A stretch of DNA of 64,000 bases from an uncultured Gemmatimonadota bacterium (GCA_964345885.1 CAYFSW010000033.1:45584-109583), one strand, 5' to 3'. Counted from the stretch's first letter, positions 40,313 through 49,989 are shown. Notes: a model not told the origin generated them from the sequence alone. Translations and numbers: made by a program.

Positions 40313-40781
40313 TGAATCCGCCGACGAAGTTGAACCTCGGCACCTGCTTCATGTAGGCCGCGTACTCGGCGCCGAGTTGCCGGACGCAGAATCGTTCTTC
40401 CGCCAGCGCCTGGAGGTAGAAGAAGGCGACGGCTAGCATGGCCAGCGCCCAGCTGATGATGTGCTGTGTGCGCATCGCGAAGCCGATCGCCAACAGAGCG
40501 TAGCCGACGTACTGCGGATGTCTCACGACGCCGTAGACACCGCGATCCACAACCTTGGTCGTGCAAGAATAGCTCTGACCCGCCTCGATCCGCCCATGCT
40601 TCATGAGGAGGAAGAACGGCGGGACGAAGAACAGCGGTGCGAGGAAGAGAAGGATCATTCCGGCTATGCGGAGGCCGCTGTTCGCGCCACGCTCGACGAC
40701 CAGGTCGGCCACAAGGGTCCCGACGGTCGCGATCGCGGCGACCCACCAGAGCGCCTGCGGCCTGTTCTCCTCGGAACTCAT
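40275..40781 (-). CDS. Isoprenylcysteine carboxylmethyltransferase / PEMT family membrane protein
   Basis: GVYGVVRHPQYVG, EERF...GAEYAAYMKQVPRF. Confidence 0.88.
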   Translation of the reverse strand: MSSEENRPQALWWVAAIATVGTLVADLVVERGANSGLRIAGMILLFLAPLFFVPPFFLLMKHGRIEAGQSYSCTTKVVDRGVYGVVRHPQYVGYALLAIGFAMRTQHIISWALAMLAVAFFYLQALAEERFCVRQLGAEYAAYMKQVPRFNFVGGFIRSLLEKTRRSR

Positions 40782-40830
40782 GTCTTCAGCTGTCGCGTTC
40801 CGCTGGCCCGGACGCCGGACGGTGCGACCG

Positions 40831-42108
40831 CTAGAACTTCCGTATCAGCATATTGTCGCGTGGCAGGCGAGCGAGCTCCAATCCTCTCAACACGTGACCG
40901 ACGGCGGCGACGTAACGGTCCGACCGTTGCTCCACATCGTCGTAAAGCGTGAGGGAGCGGTTGCTGAAGAAGTACTCCTCCGAGCGAATATTCAGCTCAG
41001 TGACCCCAAGCGGTCCGCCGGGCTCCATGGACAGAACCAGCTCGCCGGCGGCGCGCAGCGGCTCGCCGTGGGCGAGCAGCGCGTGCGTTACGGCGGCGCC
41101 GCCCATGTCGAAGCCGGACATCGAAGTGCGTGCGACCCGGATAGCGCCATAGCGATCGGCCACGTAGATGTAGCGCCCCGGCCGCAGGCTCGAGAGCTTA
41201 GCCGGCGCGAGGACGGGGTACCCGAGCCAGCTGCCACCCGACGTTTCGTAATCGCGGTAGCGGTGTTGGAGTGCCACCTCGGTGTCCTTGTTGACGAAGA
41301 GCACGGGGTCTGCCTGCTCCTCGACCCAGCCGCTGAGCGCCGGGCCGGGCACGAATCCGTGGACGTCACGGACGGCGTCGCCGAGGCTAAAGGTGCGGTT
41401 CTCGTCGAGCAGCCGGGTGTACCCCTCGCGGTCGCGGATCACCGGTTCCGGCGGCTGGTCGTAGAGCTCGTACGTGGGGTCGAGACCGTACTCGATCGCA
41501 CGCGGCGGCCCCTCCGTGGCGAGCCCGCTATCCGTCATCGCCAGGTACGTGGCTACGGCAGCGGAGTATCGCGCCACGGGGCCCTCGACCAGTTCGGTTA
41601 TCCCGGCGACCTGGGCGCGCTGCGCCCACAGCAGCCAGCGGTGCTCCCGGACTGTGAAGACCTGCACGAATACTCGCTCGCCGACGATCGTGCCCTCGAG
41701 GAACCGACCGGCATAGCCGGGGGGCAGCTCGTGGGCCAGCGTATCCGAAGGCTGCAACTCCTCCAGGGCCACGCCGCCAGTGGGGAACCAGAGGCGGCGG
41801 CTCACGCCGGCGGAGCTGCGTGGGTCAGGAGCGATGATCCGCAGCGTCGAGCGAACCAGGTCGGTGGTATCGGGCAGGTCGGCGCCAAGGTCGATCGGCC
41901 CCAAAACGAAGAAACCAGAATCGGTAGGCAGGTGGCGGTTGAGTGCGGCCACCGCCGCCAGTTGCCAACTGGACGGCCCCTCGTAGCCAACGGCGTTGGG
42001 GTCCCAAGTTACCTGGGCCAGGGCTCCGAGCGAGGCGAAGAAAACGGCGACTGCTCCAACGATCATCGCCGGCGATGGCGATGGCGATGGCGATGAGGCT
42101 CTGTTCAC
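40831..42108 (-). CDS. Hypothetical exported protein with an IQM/'SGHY'-like C-terminal domain
   Basis: Signal-like MIVGAVAVFFASLGALAQ (ATG 42066); C-terminal YIYVAD..G.IRV...HALLAHGEPLRAAGEL...NIRSEEY. Confidence 0.65.
   Translation of the reverse strand: MNRASSPSPSPSPAMIVGAVAVFFASLGALAQVTWDPNAVGYEGPSSWQLAAVAALNRHLPTDSGFFVLGPIDLGADLPDTTDLVRSTLRIIAPDPRSSAGVSRRLWFPTGGVALEELQPSDTLAHELPPGYAGRFLEGTIVGERVFVQVFTVREHRWLLWAQRAQVAGITELVEGPVARYSAAVATYLAMTDSGLATEGPPRAIEYGLDPTYELYDQPPEPVIRDREGYTRLLDENRTFSLGDAVRDVHGFVPGPALSGWVEEQADPVLFVNKDTEVALQHRYRDYETSGGSWLGYPVLAPAKLSSLRPGRYIYVADRYGAIRVARTSMSGFDMGGAAVTHALLAHGEPLRAAGELVLSMEPGGPLGVTELNIRSEEYFFSNRSLTLYDDVEQRSDRYVAAVGHVLRGLELARLPRDNMLIRKF
42071..42096. repeat. 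Hexamer tandem repeat (GGCGAT)n
   Basis: ggcgatggcgatggcgatggcgatga; reverse complement of the element H unit. Confidence 0.75.
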
Positions 42109-42112
42109 GGGC

Positions 42113-42553
42113 TCAATCCCTCTCGATGATCAGTGTCACGGGTCCGTCGTTTATTAGGTCGACCTCCATCAGGGCACCGAACGATCCCGTGGCAACCGGG
42201 ATAGTCCCCTGCCGCAGAATGTCGACGAAACGGTCGTATAGCCGTTCCGCCTCATCGGGCTCGGCTGCGTCGACGAAGGAGGGGCGACGCCCTTTCCGGA
42301 CATCACCGTACAGAGTGAACTGTGACACGACGAGCAGCTCGCCGCCGATCTCGTCGATCGGCAAGTTCATCTTCCCCTCCCCATCGGGGAAAAGGCGCAG
42401 CCCGCGTATCTTGTCGGCCATCCAGCGCAGCTGCTCATCGGAGTCCCCATGCCGGAAGCCGACCAGCAGCAGGAAGCCGCGTCCTATGCCGCCTAAGGTT
42501 TCTCCGTCGACACGCACTGCTGCCCGCGCGACACGCTGTAGGACAACTCGCAT
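42113..42553 (-). CDS. dtd: D-aminoacyl-tRNA deacylase
   Basis: MRVVLQRV, LRLFPDGEGKMN, VSQFTLYGD, GRRPSF, NDGPVT. Confidence 0.97.
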   Translation of the reverse strand: MRVVLQRVARAAVRVDGETLGGIGRGFLLLVGFRHGDSDEQLRWMADKIRGLRLFPDGEGKMNLPIDEIGGELLVVSQFTLYGDVRKGRRPSFVDAAEPDEAERLYDRFVDILRQGTIPVATGSFGALMEVDLINDGPVTLIIERD

Positions 42554-42630
42554 GGGGGTGGAAGTTGGGCGGGTGCCCGGGCTTCGCGCAACCGCAGTGG
42601 CGGGTTGGGTCGGGAGGCACTGTGGGAGAC

Positions 42631-42697
42631 GGTACGTCGGTAATGAGGCGACAATCAGGTTACCGCCTTACCGACGCACCGACGCACCGGATACCGG
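42631..42697. repeat. Element I: octamer-unit hairpin (ACCGACGC family)
   Basis: ggtacgtcggtaa (42631-42643) pairs with ttaccgacgcacc (42668-42680); continues gacgcaccggataccgg. Confidence 0.8.
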
Positions 42698-42700
42698 CCG

Positions 42701-45100
42701 CTACTCGGACTGCAGAACCGCTACCGGGTCGACCCGCACCGCGCGCCAGACCGGGAGCAGGCAGGCGACGGCGGCGACGGCCGTAAACAGGACGCTGACA
42801 GCCACGAAGGTCGCGGGGTCGGTTGGCGCAACCCGAAAGAGCATCCGCTCCAGCAGTCGCGAGGCGCCGACCGCGCCGGTCAACCCGACGCCGATCCCGA
42901 CGGCTACCAGCAGCAGGCCGCTCTTCAGTACCATCTCCGTGATGTCGCCCGGCCCGGCACCGAGTGCCATGCGCAAACCGATTTCGCGGTGCCGCTCCAC
43001 GACGGATTGCGCGAGCACCCCGTAGAGGCCGACGGCCGCGAGGAGCACGGCGATGCCGGCGAAGATCGCCAAGGCGACGGTCCGAACCCGCCGCATGAGC
43101 TGAGAACGCGATAGGAGCCCATCCATCGTAACCAGCTCGGGATCTGGGACCTCCGGTTCCAAGCTCCAGATCGCGGCCCGCAGCGCTCCGGCTAACGACT
43201 CCGGCCTAGCGGAGGCCCGGACCACCAGCCCCATGTCGAAGTAGGGGATCTGGGCGTAGGAACCGTACATGGCGGGGAACCGCTCATCGCCCAGGCCACC
43301 GCTGACGACATCACCCACGACACCGACGACTTCAAACGTGGTCTCGTAGTCGAGCACGACCTGCCGGCCGATGGGATCGCGACCTCTGAGGATCGAGTCG
43401 ACGAACGCCTGGTTCACGACGAAAACCAGCGGCGAGCCGATGCCGTCCGTCGGTTCGATGTCGCGACCCGCGTACAGAGGAACGCCCATCGCCTCGAAGT
43501 AGCCCGGCCGTACGGCTCTGTAGTACGCCGATCGTGCATCGACCAGACCGACCGGTGGGTCCTCCGCGTCGTAGACTGGCTCGTTGTTACCCGGCTGCCT
43601 GATCGGGATCTGGCTGATCAGGCCGACGCCCTCCACCCCGGGGACCGCCTCGAGCCGTCGGGTCAGATCGGTGTAGAACTGGACCCGCCGCTCGGACTCG
43701 CCGTACGTGTCCCGCGGTAGCTGGATCTCCCCGGTAATCAGATTCGTCGCCGCGAAACCGAGATCGACGCTCATCAGGCTCGCCAGACTCCGGATCAGCA
43801 ATCCGGCCCCGATGAGCAGCACGATCGAGACCGCCACCTGAAAGACGACGAGCCCGCGACGGAACCGAACGCCGCCACGGTCGGTGGTCCGAACGCCCGA
43901 CCTGAGATCCTGGGCCAGGTCACCGCGCGACGCTTGCAGAGCCGGGAAGGTGCCGAAGGCTAAACCCGTCAGCAGCGACACGCACACCACGAAGGACAGG
44001 ACCTTGGTGGAAAGGCCCCGCTCCCAGATTGCCGAACCCCCCACCGCCGTAAGCTGCAACAATAGCGGCTGCAGCCACTCGGCAAGCAGGATTCCCAGCG
44101 CACCGGCTACGCCGGCCAGCAGCAGACTCTCGGTAAGCAGCTGCCGTGCGATGCGGGCGCCCGAGGCGCCGAGCGCACCTCGCACGGAGAGCTCGGTGCG
44201 CCGCGCCGAGCCGCGAGCCAGAAGCAGGCTCGCCACATTACCGCAGGCGATCAGCAGGACCAGCCCCACCGCGACCTGGAGCATGAACAGGCTCTCGCGG
44301 TAGTTCTCAGTCCAGGCCTCCTGCAGGTTCGTGAGCTTGAGGCCGATACCCCGGTTGGTATCAGGGTACTGCGCAGCCAGCTGCGCGGAGATGACGTCTA
44401 CCTCGCTCTGTGCCTGAGCCAGGGACACGCCCGGCGCCAGCCGACCGACCACACTCCAGTTGGTCTTGCCACGCTCGGCGATGAATGGGTCGTCGCGCCG
44501 CATCGGGACCCAGAGGTCCACATCGAACCTGAAATGGAACCCCCTCGGCATCACGCCGACGATCTCCGCCGTGAACCCGTCGACCCGCACCGTCCGGCCG
44601 ACCACATCCGTCTCCCCACCCAACTGCTGCTGCCAGTAACCGTAGCTGACGATCGCCACGAGCGGCGCGGTCTGCAGCTCATCCTCAGCACCGAAGCCGC
44701 GACCGATCCGGGGAGCGACCCGCAGCGCCGGGAACAGGTCATGGCTGACGACGAGGCCAGGCACCCGCTCCGGTCTTTCGACGCCGCTGACCACTACGGA
44801 ACGCGGGAAACCGGAAAAGGCGGCGAGCTGCTCGAACGACGTGGTGCGGTCCCGGAAGTCCCAGTAGTCGAGGGCTGAGACCCACGCACGCTCCCTACCT
44901 TCGAACGTCGATTGGCCGTACACCAGCCGCTCGGCCTCCGCGTAGGGCAGCGACCGGAGCAAAGCCGCGTCGATCACGCTGAACACGGCCACGTTGGCCC
45001 CGATCCCGATCGTCAGAACGACTACGATCACGGCGCTCAGCCCACTCGCCTTGATCAGCGAGCGGCCGCCGTGTCGGATGTCCTGCCAAATACCCACCAT
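42701..45100 (-). CDS. Orphan duplicated ABC-type permease (ADOP, MacB/FtsX-like), no adjacent ATPase
   Basis: LTIGIGANVAVFSVIDAALLRSLPY, VGLVLLIACGNVASLLLARG, R.ALGA...RQLLTES, GLYGVLA..V..R.REIGLRMALGA, RVDPVAVL. Confidence 0.92.
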   Translation of the reverse strand: MVGIWQDIRHGGRSLIKASGLSAVIVVVLTIGIGANVAVFSVIDAALLRSLPYAEAERLVYGQSTFEGRERAWVSALDYWDFRDRTTSFEQLAAFSGFPRSVVVSGVERPERVPGLVVSHDLFPALRVAPRIGRGFGAEDELQTAPLVAIVSYGYWQQQLGGETDVVGRTVRVDGFTAEIVGVMPRGFHFRFDVDLWVPMRRDDPFIAERGKTNWSVVGRLAPGVSLAQAQSEVDVISAQLAAQYPDTNRGIGLKLTNLQEAWTENYRESLFMLQVAVGLVLLIACGNVASLLLARGSARRTELSVRGALGASGARIARQLLTESLLLAGVAGALGILLAEWLQPLLLQLTAVGGSAIWERGLSTKVLSFVVCVSLLTGLAFGTFPALQASRGDLAQDLRSGVRTTDRGGVRFRRGLVVFQVAVSIVLLIGAGLLIRSLASLMSVDLGFAATNLITGEIQLPRDTYGESERRVQFYTDLTRRLEAVPGVEGVGLISQIPIRQPGNNEPVYDAEDPPVGLVDARSAYYRAVRPGYFEAMGVPLYAGRDIEPTDGIGSPLVFVVNQAFVDSILRGRDPIGRQVVLDYETTFEVVGVVGDVVSGGLGDERFPAMYGSYAQIPYFDMGLVVRASARPESLAGALRAAIWSLEPEVPDPELVTMDGLLSRSQLMRRVRTVALAIFAGIAVLLAAVGLYGVLAQSVVERHREIGLRMALGAGPGDITEMVLKSGLLLVAVGIGVGLTGAVGASRLLERMLFRVAPTDPATFVAVSVLFTAVAAVACLLPVWRAVRVDPVAVLQSE

Positions 45101-45263
45101 CGATCAAACCTCCTCCCCGGGCATGAGCCGGCCGGGGCATCTCAGGCTGAGGCAAGCGCCATGCCGACGCGGATGGCTTGCCGACAGGCAGTATAAGGGT
45201 CAACCGCGAATGCAGTGTCCACCTCTGGGAAGGTCGGTGTCAGAAGCGAACAGTCGGCAAGCC

Positions 45264-45363
45264 GGTACGTAGGTGCCTCAGTGCGTCGGTTGCCGCCCGA
45301 TTACCGACGCACCGACGTACCGGCGTAACGGTTACCGGCGCACCGATCCACCGGCGCACCGGC
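45264..45363. repeat. Element J: octamer-unit hairpin (ACCGACGC family)
   Basis: gtgcgtcggt (45281-45290) pairs with accgacgcac (45303-45312); further accggcgc units to the glmS stop. Confidence 0.8.
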
Positions 45364-47193
45364 TCACTCAACCGTGACGCTCTTGGCGAGGTTGCGGGGT
45401 TGATCGACGTGGCAGCCGCGGAGCACGGCTATGTGGTAGGCGAGCAGCTGTAGCGGGATGACCGTGAGTACCGGCTGCAGCATTTCGTGGGTCGTCGGGA
45501 CCGTCACGATATGGTCGGCCAGACGGTCCAGCTCGCCGTTCCCCTCGGTGGTGATGGCGATGACCCGGCCACCCCGCGCTTTCACCTCTTCGACGTTCGA
45601 GAGGATCTTCTGATAGACGCGCCCCTGCGGCGCGATGAAGACAACGGGCATGTTCTCATCGATCAAGGCTATAGGGCCGTGCTTCATCTCGGCCGCCGGG
45701 TAGCCCTCGGCGTGGATGTAACTAATCTCCTTCAGCTTGAGAGCACCCTCCAACGCGACGGGGAAGTTGTAACCGCGTCCCAGGTAGAGGAAGTTCTTGT
45801 TCAGGTGGTAGCGCTCGGCCATCCCACGGATCTCTTCGTTGCGAGCGAGGATCTGGCCGATCTGATCGGGCAGCTGCTGGAGCGCCTTCGCGACGGTGGC
45901 CTGCTCCTGAAGCGGCTCCGATTGGGTGCTCAGGTAGAGGGTGATCAGGGCCAGGGCGACGACCTGGGAGGTGAACGCCTTGGTCGAGGCGACACCGATC
46001 TCGGGGCCCGCGTGGATGTATACGCCGCAGTCGGCGGCGCGGGCGATGCTCGAGCCGACGACGTTGACGATGCTGACGACTCTGGCACCCTTTTCCTTCG
46101 CCTCACGGATCGCGGCCAACGTGTCAGCGGTTTCGCCGGATTGGGAGAGGGCGATGACCAGAGATCGCTCGTCGAGCACCGGGTCACGATAACGGAACTC
46201 GGAGGCGTACTCGGTCTCAACCGGTATGCGAGCGAACTCCTCCAGCATGTACTCGCCGATCAGGGCGGCATGCCATGAAGTGCCGCAGGCGGTGAGTACG
46301 ATCCTGTTGTATTTGGCAATATCCTGGGAGGGCAGGCAGCTCGACAGGCCGCCCAGACGCGCGGTCCCCTGCTCGACGAGCAGCCGGCCGCGCATCGTGT
46401 CACGCACCGAATCGGGCTGCTCGAAGATTTCCTTTAGCATGTAGTGGGGGAAGCCGCCGCGTTCGATCGTCCCCAGGTCCCACGAGACGCGACTCACCTC
46501 CTTGGTGAGCGGGCTGCCCCTCAGGTCGGACGTCCGGTAACCCTCTCGATCCAACACGGCCAGCTCGCCGTCGTCCAGGTAGACCACGTCGCGGGTGTGC
46601 TCGACTACGGCCGCCGCATCGGAGGCGACGAAGAGAGAATGATCACCGATCCCCAGTAACAGTGGCGATCCGTTCCGCGCCGCGACCAGCTTCTCCGGGT
46701 CGCGGCTCGATACTACGGCGATGCCGTAAGTCCCCTCGACCTGCTGGAGCGCCGCGGCAACCGCCTCTTCCAGGTTGTCGTCGTAAGCTTCATCGATGAG
46801 GTGCGCCAGCACCTCGGTGTCCGTTTCGCTGCGCAGCTCGTGGCCCAGCTCTTCGAGTTTCTGACGGAGCACCCCGGCGTTTTCGATGATGCCGTTATGG
46901 ACGACGGCGATGTCATCCGCACCATTGTGATGGGGGTGGGCGTTGGTCGCAGTGGGTGCGCCGTGCGTGGCCCAGCGCGTGTGAGCGATCCCCAAGGTGC
47001 CCTGCGGTAGGTCCCCGCCGATCGCCTGCTCTAGATCGACTATCTTGCCCGCCATCTTGCGGGTATCGAGGCTGCCGTTGGCACAGACCGTGACGCCCGC
47101 CGAGTCGTAGCCCCGGTACTCGAGCCGTCGTAGCCCCTCGAGGAGTAGCGGCGCCGCCTCAGCCGTACCTATGTACCCGACGATCCCGCACAT
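45364..47193 (-). CDS. glmS: Glutamine--fructose-6-phosphate transaminase (isomerizing)
   Basis: MCGIVGY, EYRGYDSAG, HTRWATHG, SETDTEV, SQSGETADT, GPEIGVASTKAF, EGALKLKEISY, DQPRNLAKSVTVE. Confidence 0.98.
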   Translation of the reverse strand: MCGIVGYIGTAEAAPLLLEGLRRLEYRGYDSAGVTVCANGSLDTRKMAGKIVDLEQAIGGDLPQGTLGIAHTRWATHGAPTATNAHPHHNGADDIAVVHNGIIENAGVLRQKLEELGHELRSETDTEVLAHLIDEAYDDNLEEAVAAALQQVEGTYGIAVVSSRDPEKLVAARNGSPLLLGIGDHSLFVASDAAAVVEHTRDVVYLDDGELAVLDREGYRTSDLRGSPLTKEVSRVSWDLGTIERGGFPHYMLKEIFEQPDSVRDTMRGRLLVEQGTARLGGLSSCLPSQDIAKYNRIVLTACGTSWHAALIGEYMLEEFARIPVETEYASEFRYRDPVLDERSLVIALSQSGETADTLAAIREAKEKGARVVSIVNVVGSSIARAADCGVYIHAGPEIGVASTKAFTSQVVALALITLYLSTQSEPLQEQATVAKALQQLPDQIGQILARNEEIRGMAERYHLNKNFLYLGRGYNFPVALEGALKLKEISYIHAEGYPAAEMKHGPIALIDENMPVVFIAPQGRVYQKILSNVEEVKARGGRVIAITTEGNGELDRLADHIVTVPTTHEMLQPVLTVIPLQLLAYHIAVLRGCHVDQPRNLAKSVTVE

Positions 47194-47210
47194 GTAAGGG
47201 TCCGCGTTCC

Positions 47211-48599
47211 TTAGTTGCCGGCCCGAGCCACTATGGCCCCGGCCGCGTCGACCAGCTCCCGCACTGCGCCCCGGCTATCCTGGGGCCCCTCGGCGATAAC
47301 CCGCAAGATTGGTTCCGTGCCTGAAGCCCTGCAGTGAAGCCACATCTGGCGTTGCGGCCAGCGCAGGTGGAGTCCGTCCCGGCGGTCAGTCACCGCGCCG
47401 GGAAAGGCGCTCTCCAGCTCGCCGGCCAGCGCATCGAGCTCGATGCGGCCCCGTGGGAAGCGATTCTTGACGATAACGAATTGTGGATAATCCGCCACAA
47501 TCGCGCTCAGAGTCGTCTTCATCTCCGCCAGCAGCTGTAGGATCAGGGCCACTGCCAGCGGAGCGTCGCGGGTCAGGTGAAGGGCCGGCAGAATGACGCC
47601 CCCATTGCCTTCCCCGCCCACCACGGCGCCGGCCTCCCGCATCGCCGCGGCCACGTGGGCTTCACCCACCGGCGATTGCCGGTACTCCGCGCCCGCTTCC
47701 CTGCACACCGTTTCGACGATCTGACTGGTCGATAGGTTGGCCACGACAGGGCCGCGCCGGTACGAGAGGACCAGCTTGGCGGCAAGCGCCAGTGTATAGT
47801 CCTCGCCGATGGCGCGGCCCGATCCGTCGACCAGCGCCAGCCGGTCCACGTCCGGGTCCACCGCCATCCCCAGATCAGCACTCTCCTGCGAGACTCGCTC
47901 GCATAACGCGCCCATGTTCGCCGGGATGGGCTCCGGTTCCCGAGTGAATCGACCGTCGGGCTCGAGCTCGATGCCGACGACCTCGACCCCCAGCCGCTCG
48001 AGCAACGCCGGCAGGATTACACCACCGGCGCCCCTCGCGCAGTCGAGGACGATCTTGAGGCCGCGGGCGGCTATCAGCACCGGATCGACGAGATCGAGCC
48101 CAATGACGCGCTCGATGTGCCGTTCGACCGCACCGGGCGCCTCCGCCGCCTCGCCCGGTTCCCCCGAAGCGGCCGGCGGTGGTGCAGCCCCACGAAGCCC
48201 GGCCAGGAACTCCATCCCCTGTTCGGGGGTGAGGAATGCTCCCTCCGGACTCGCCAGCTTCAGCGCGTTCCACTCCTTCGGGTTATGGCTGGCCGTCACA
48301 ACGACGCCCCCGGCCAGCCCCAGCTCCTCGATGGCAAGCAGCGCGGTGGGCGTCGGGACCAGCCCCAGGTCACTCACCCGGCAGCCGGCCGTCTGCAGGG
48401 CCGCGGTCGCCACCTTGACGAATTCGGGCCCGCTGGGCCGCGAATCGCGGGCGATAGCCAGGTGGTCTCCCCAGCCCTGGCCGCGGACGAACGCCCCGAA
48501 CGCCGCGGCGAAACCGCTGACCACATCCGGGGTCAGGTCGATCCCGACTCGGCCGCGGATACCCGACACGCTGACGATCAGGGTCTCCGGAAATTCCAT
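47211..48599 (-). CDS. glmM: Phosphoglucosamine mutase / alpha-D-phosphohexomutase
   Basis: SVSGIRG, VTASHNP, DPDVDR, GGEGNGG, RASGTEP; adjacent to glmS. Confidence 0.85.
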   Translation of the reverse strand: MEFPETLIVSVSGIRGRVGIDLTPDVVSGFAAAFGAFVRGQGWGDHLAIARDSRPSGPEFVKVATAALQTAGCRVSDLGLVPTPTALLAIEELGLAGGVVVTASHNPKEWNALKLASPEGAFLTPEQGMEFLAGLRGAAPPPAASGEPGEAAEAPGAVERHIERVIGLDLVDPVLIAARGLKIVLDCARGAGGVILPALLERLGVEVVGIELEPDGRFTREPEPIPANMGALCERVSQESADLGMAVDPDVDRLALVDGSGRAIGEDYTLALAAKLVLSYRRGPVVANLSTSQIVETVCREAGAEYRQSPVGEAHVAAAMREAGAVVGGEGNGGVILPALHLTRDAPLAVALILQLLAEMKTTLSAIVADYPQFVIVKNRFPRGRIELDALAGELESAFPGAVTDRRDGLHLRWPQRQMWLHCRASGTEPILRVIAEGPQDSRGAVRELVDAAGAIVARAGN

Positions 48600-48739
48600 G
48601 GTTCGTGTAATTAAGCCGAGGTTCCCCACTACTCAAGGCAGGTGTCGCTGGACGGGGCCGCGCCCGGCAACTAGACTGTCTACTCCAATTCCCAGTCATG
48701 CTTGGACCAACACGATAACTGATATCGACGGAGACTTCG

Positions 48740-49891
48740 GTGGCTGACCAAGAGCGACGTTTCGGCACTCGGGCTGTCCACGCCGGCCAGGGACCCGACC
48801 CCACGACCGGCGCGATAATGACGCCTATCTACCAGACGTCTACCTATGCCCAAGAAGGGATCGGCGTCCACAAGGGCTTCGAGTACGCCCGCGTCTCGAA
48901 CCCAACCCGCACGGCTCTGGAACTGAACGTCGCGGCCCTGGAGGGCGCCGCGCACGGTGCCGCCTTTTCGTCCGGCGTCGCCGCCATAGAGGCGGTGACC
49001 AAGCTCCGTTCCGCCGGCGATCACATCATCTGTGGCTCCAACGTCTACGGCGGGACCGACCGCTTGTTCCGCCAGGTCCTGACTAGGCTGGGGCTGGAGT
49101 TTTCGTTCGTCGATACACGCGAGCCGCAGGCTATCGAGGCGGCGATCAAGGAGGAGACGCGGCTGATCCTGATCGAAACGCCGACCAATCCGCTCATGCA
49201 CATAACCGATATCGCGGCCGCCGCCGAGATCGCCCACGCGCGAGGCGCCTGGCTGGTCGTCGATAACACGTTCGCGACGCCCTACTTCCAGCGCCCACTC
49301 ACGCTGGGCGCTGACGCCGTCGTTCACTCGAGCACCAAGTACTTAAACGGGCACAGCGACGTCGTCGGCGGCCTGATCCTCACGTCGGACGATGAGCTGA
49401 TCGAGGGGCTGCGCTTCATGCAAAAGTCGGCCGGCGCCGTGCCCGGCCCCATGGACTGCTGGCTCGTCCTGCGCGGGACCAAGACGCTGCACGTGCGCAT
49501 GCAGGCACACGACCGGAACGGTCGGCAGATCGCCGAGTGGCTCGAAGGCGACGACAGGGTCCAGCAGGTCTTCTTCGCCGGCCTGCCGTCGCACCCGCAG
49601 CACGAGCTGGCGAAACGCCAGATGAACGGCTTCGGCGGCATGATCTCGCTCGAGCTCGGGAGCCGCGAGCGTGCCGACGCCTTCTGCCGCGCGACCCGCG
49701 TCTTTACGCTGGCAGAGAGCTTGGGCGGCGTCGAGAGCCTGATATCCGTTCCCGCCGCCATGACCCACGGCGCAGTGCCGAAGCAACTGCGCGAAGAGAT
49801 GGGGATCACCGAGGGGCTGGTCAGGCTTTCGGTGGGGATTGAGGATGTGGAGGACCCGATCGAGGACCTAGATCAGGCGTTGCCACGGTAG
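48740..49891 (+). CDS. Cystathionine gamma-synthase/gamma-lyase family PLP enzyme
   Basis: TPIYQTSTY, YARVSNPTR, FSSG, ETPTNP, VDNTFATP, HSSTKYLNGHSD, LAESLGGVESL, RLSVGIE. Confidence 0.93.
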   Translation: MADQERRFGTRAVHAGQGPDPTTGAIMTPIYQTSTYAQEGIGVHKGFEYARVSNPTRTALELNVAALEGAAHGAAFSSGVAAIEAVTKLRSAGDHIICGSNVYGGTDRLFRQVLTRLGLEFSFVDTREPQAIEAAIKEETRLILIETPTNPLMHITDIAAAAEIAHARGAWLVVDNTFATPYFQRPLTLGADAVVHSSTKYLNGHSDVVGGLILTSDDELIEGLRFMQKSAGAVPGPMDCWLVLRGTKTLHVRMQAHDRNGRQIAEWLEGDDRVQQVFFAGLPSHPQHELAKRQMNGFGGMISLELGSRERADAFCRATRVFTLAESLGGVESLISVPAAMTHGAVPKQLREEMGITEGLVRLSVGIEDVEDPIEDLDQALPR

Positions 49892-49989
49892 CCAGTGGGC
49901 GGTAGACAGTAGGCGGTGGGCGGTAATTCCCAGTTCGGATCTCGCGATTGACCACTACCGCCTACTGCCGCACCGTCTACCGCCTACCG
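49886..49989. repeat. Element K: palindromic heptamer-unit repeat (CGGTAGG family)
   Basis: cggtagc cagtggg cggtaga cagtagg cggtggg cggtaat pairs with ctaccgcctactgccgcaccgtctaccgcctaccg. Confidence 0.85.

Noticed and set aside
40603-42096. Long plus-strand ORF (497 aa), and similar long antisense or alternate-frame ORFs (e.g. 11037-12050, 12703-13560, 21965-22924, 41943-43025, 58195-59067)
   Set aside because: They overlap well-supported genes on the other strand or frame, show no recognisable motifs, and are expected in high-GC DNA where stop codons are scarce.
47194-47210. glmS ribozyme upstream of glmS
   Set aside because: Only 17 nt separate glmM and glmS, leaving no room for the ribozyme.
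48630-48739. SAM or other riboswitch ahead of the Cys/Met PLP enzyme; T-box ahead of alaS
   Set aside because: No SAM-I core or T-box motif is recognisable, and the leaders are short.
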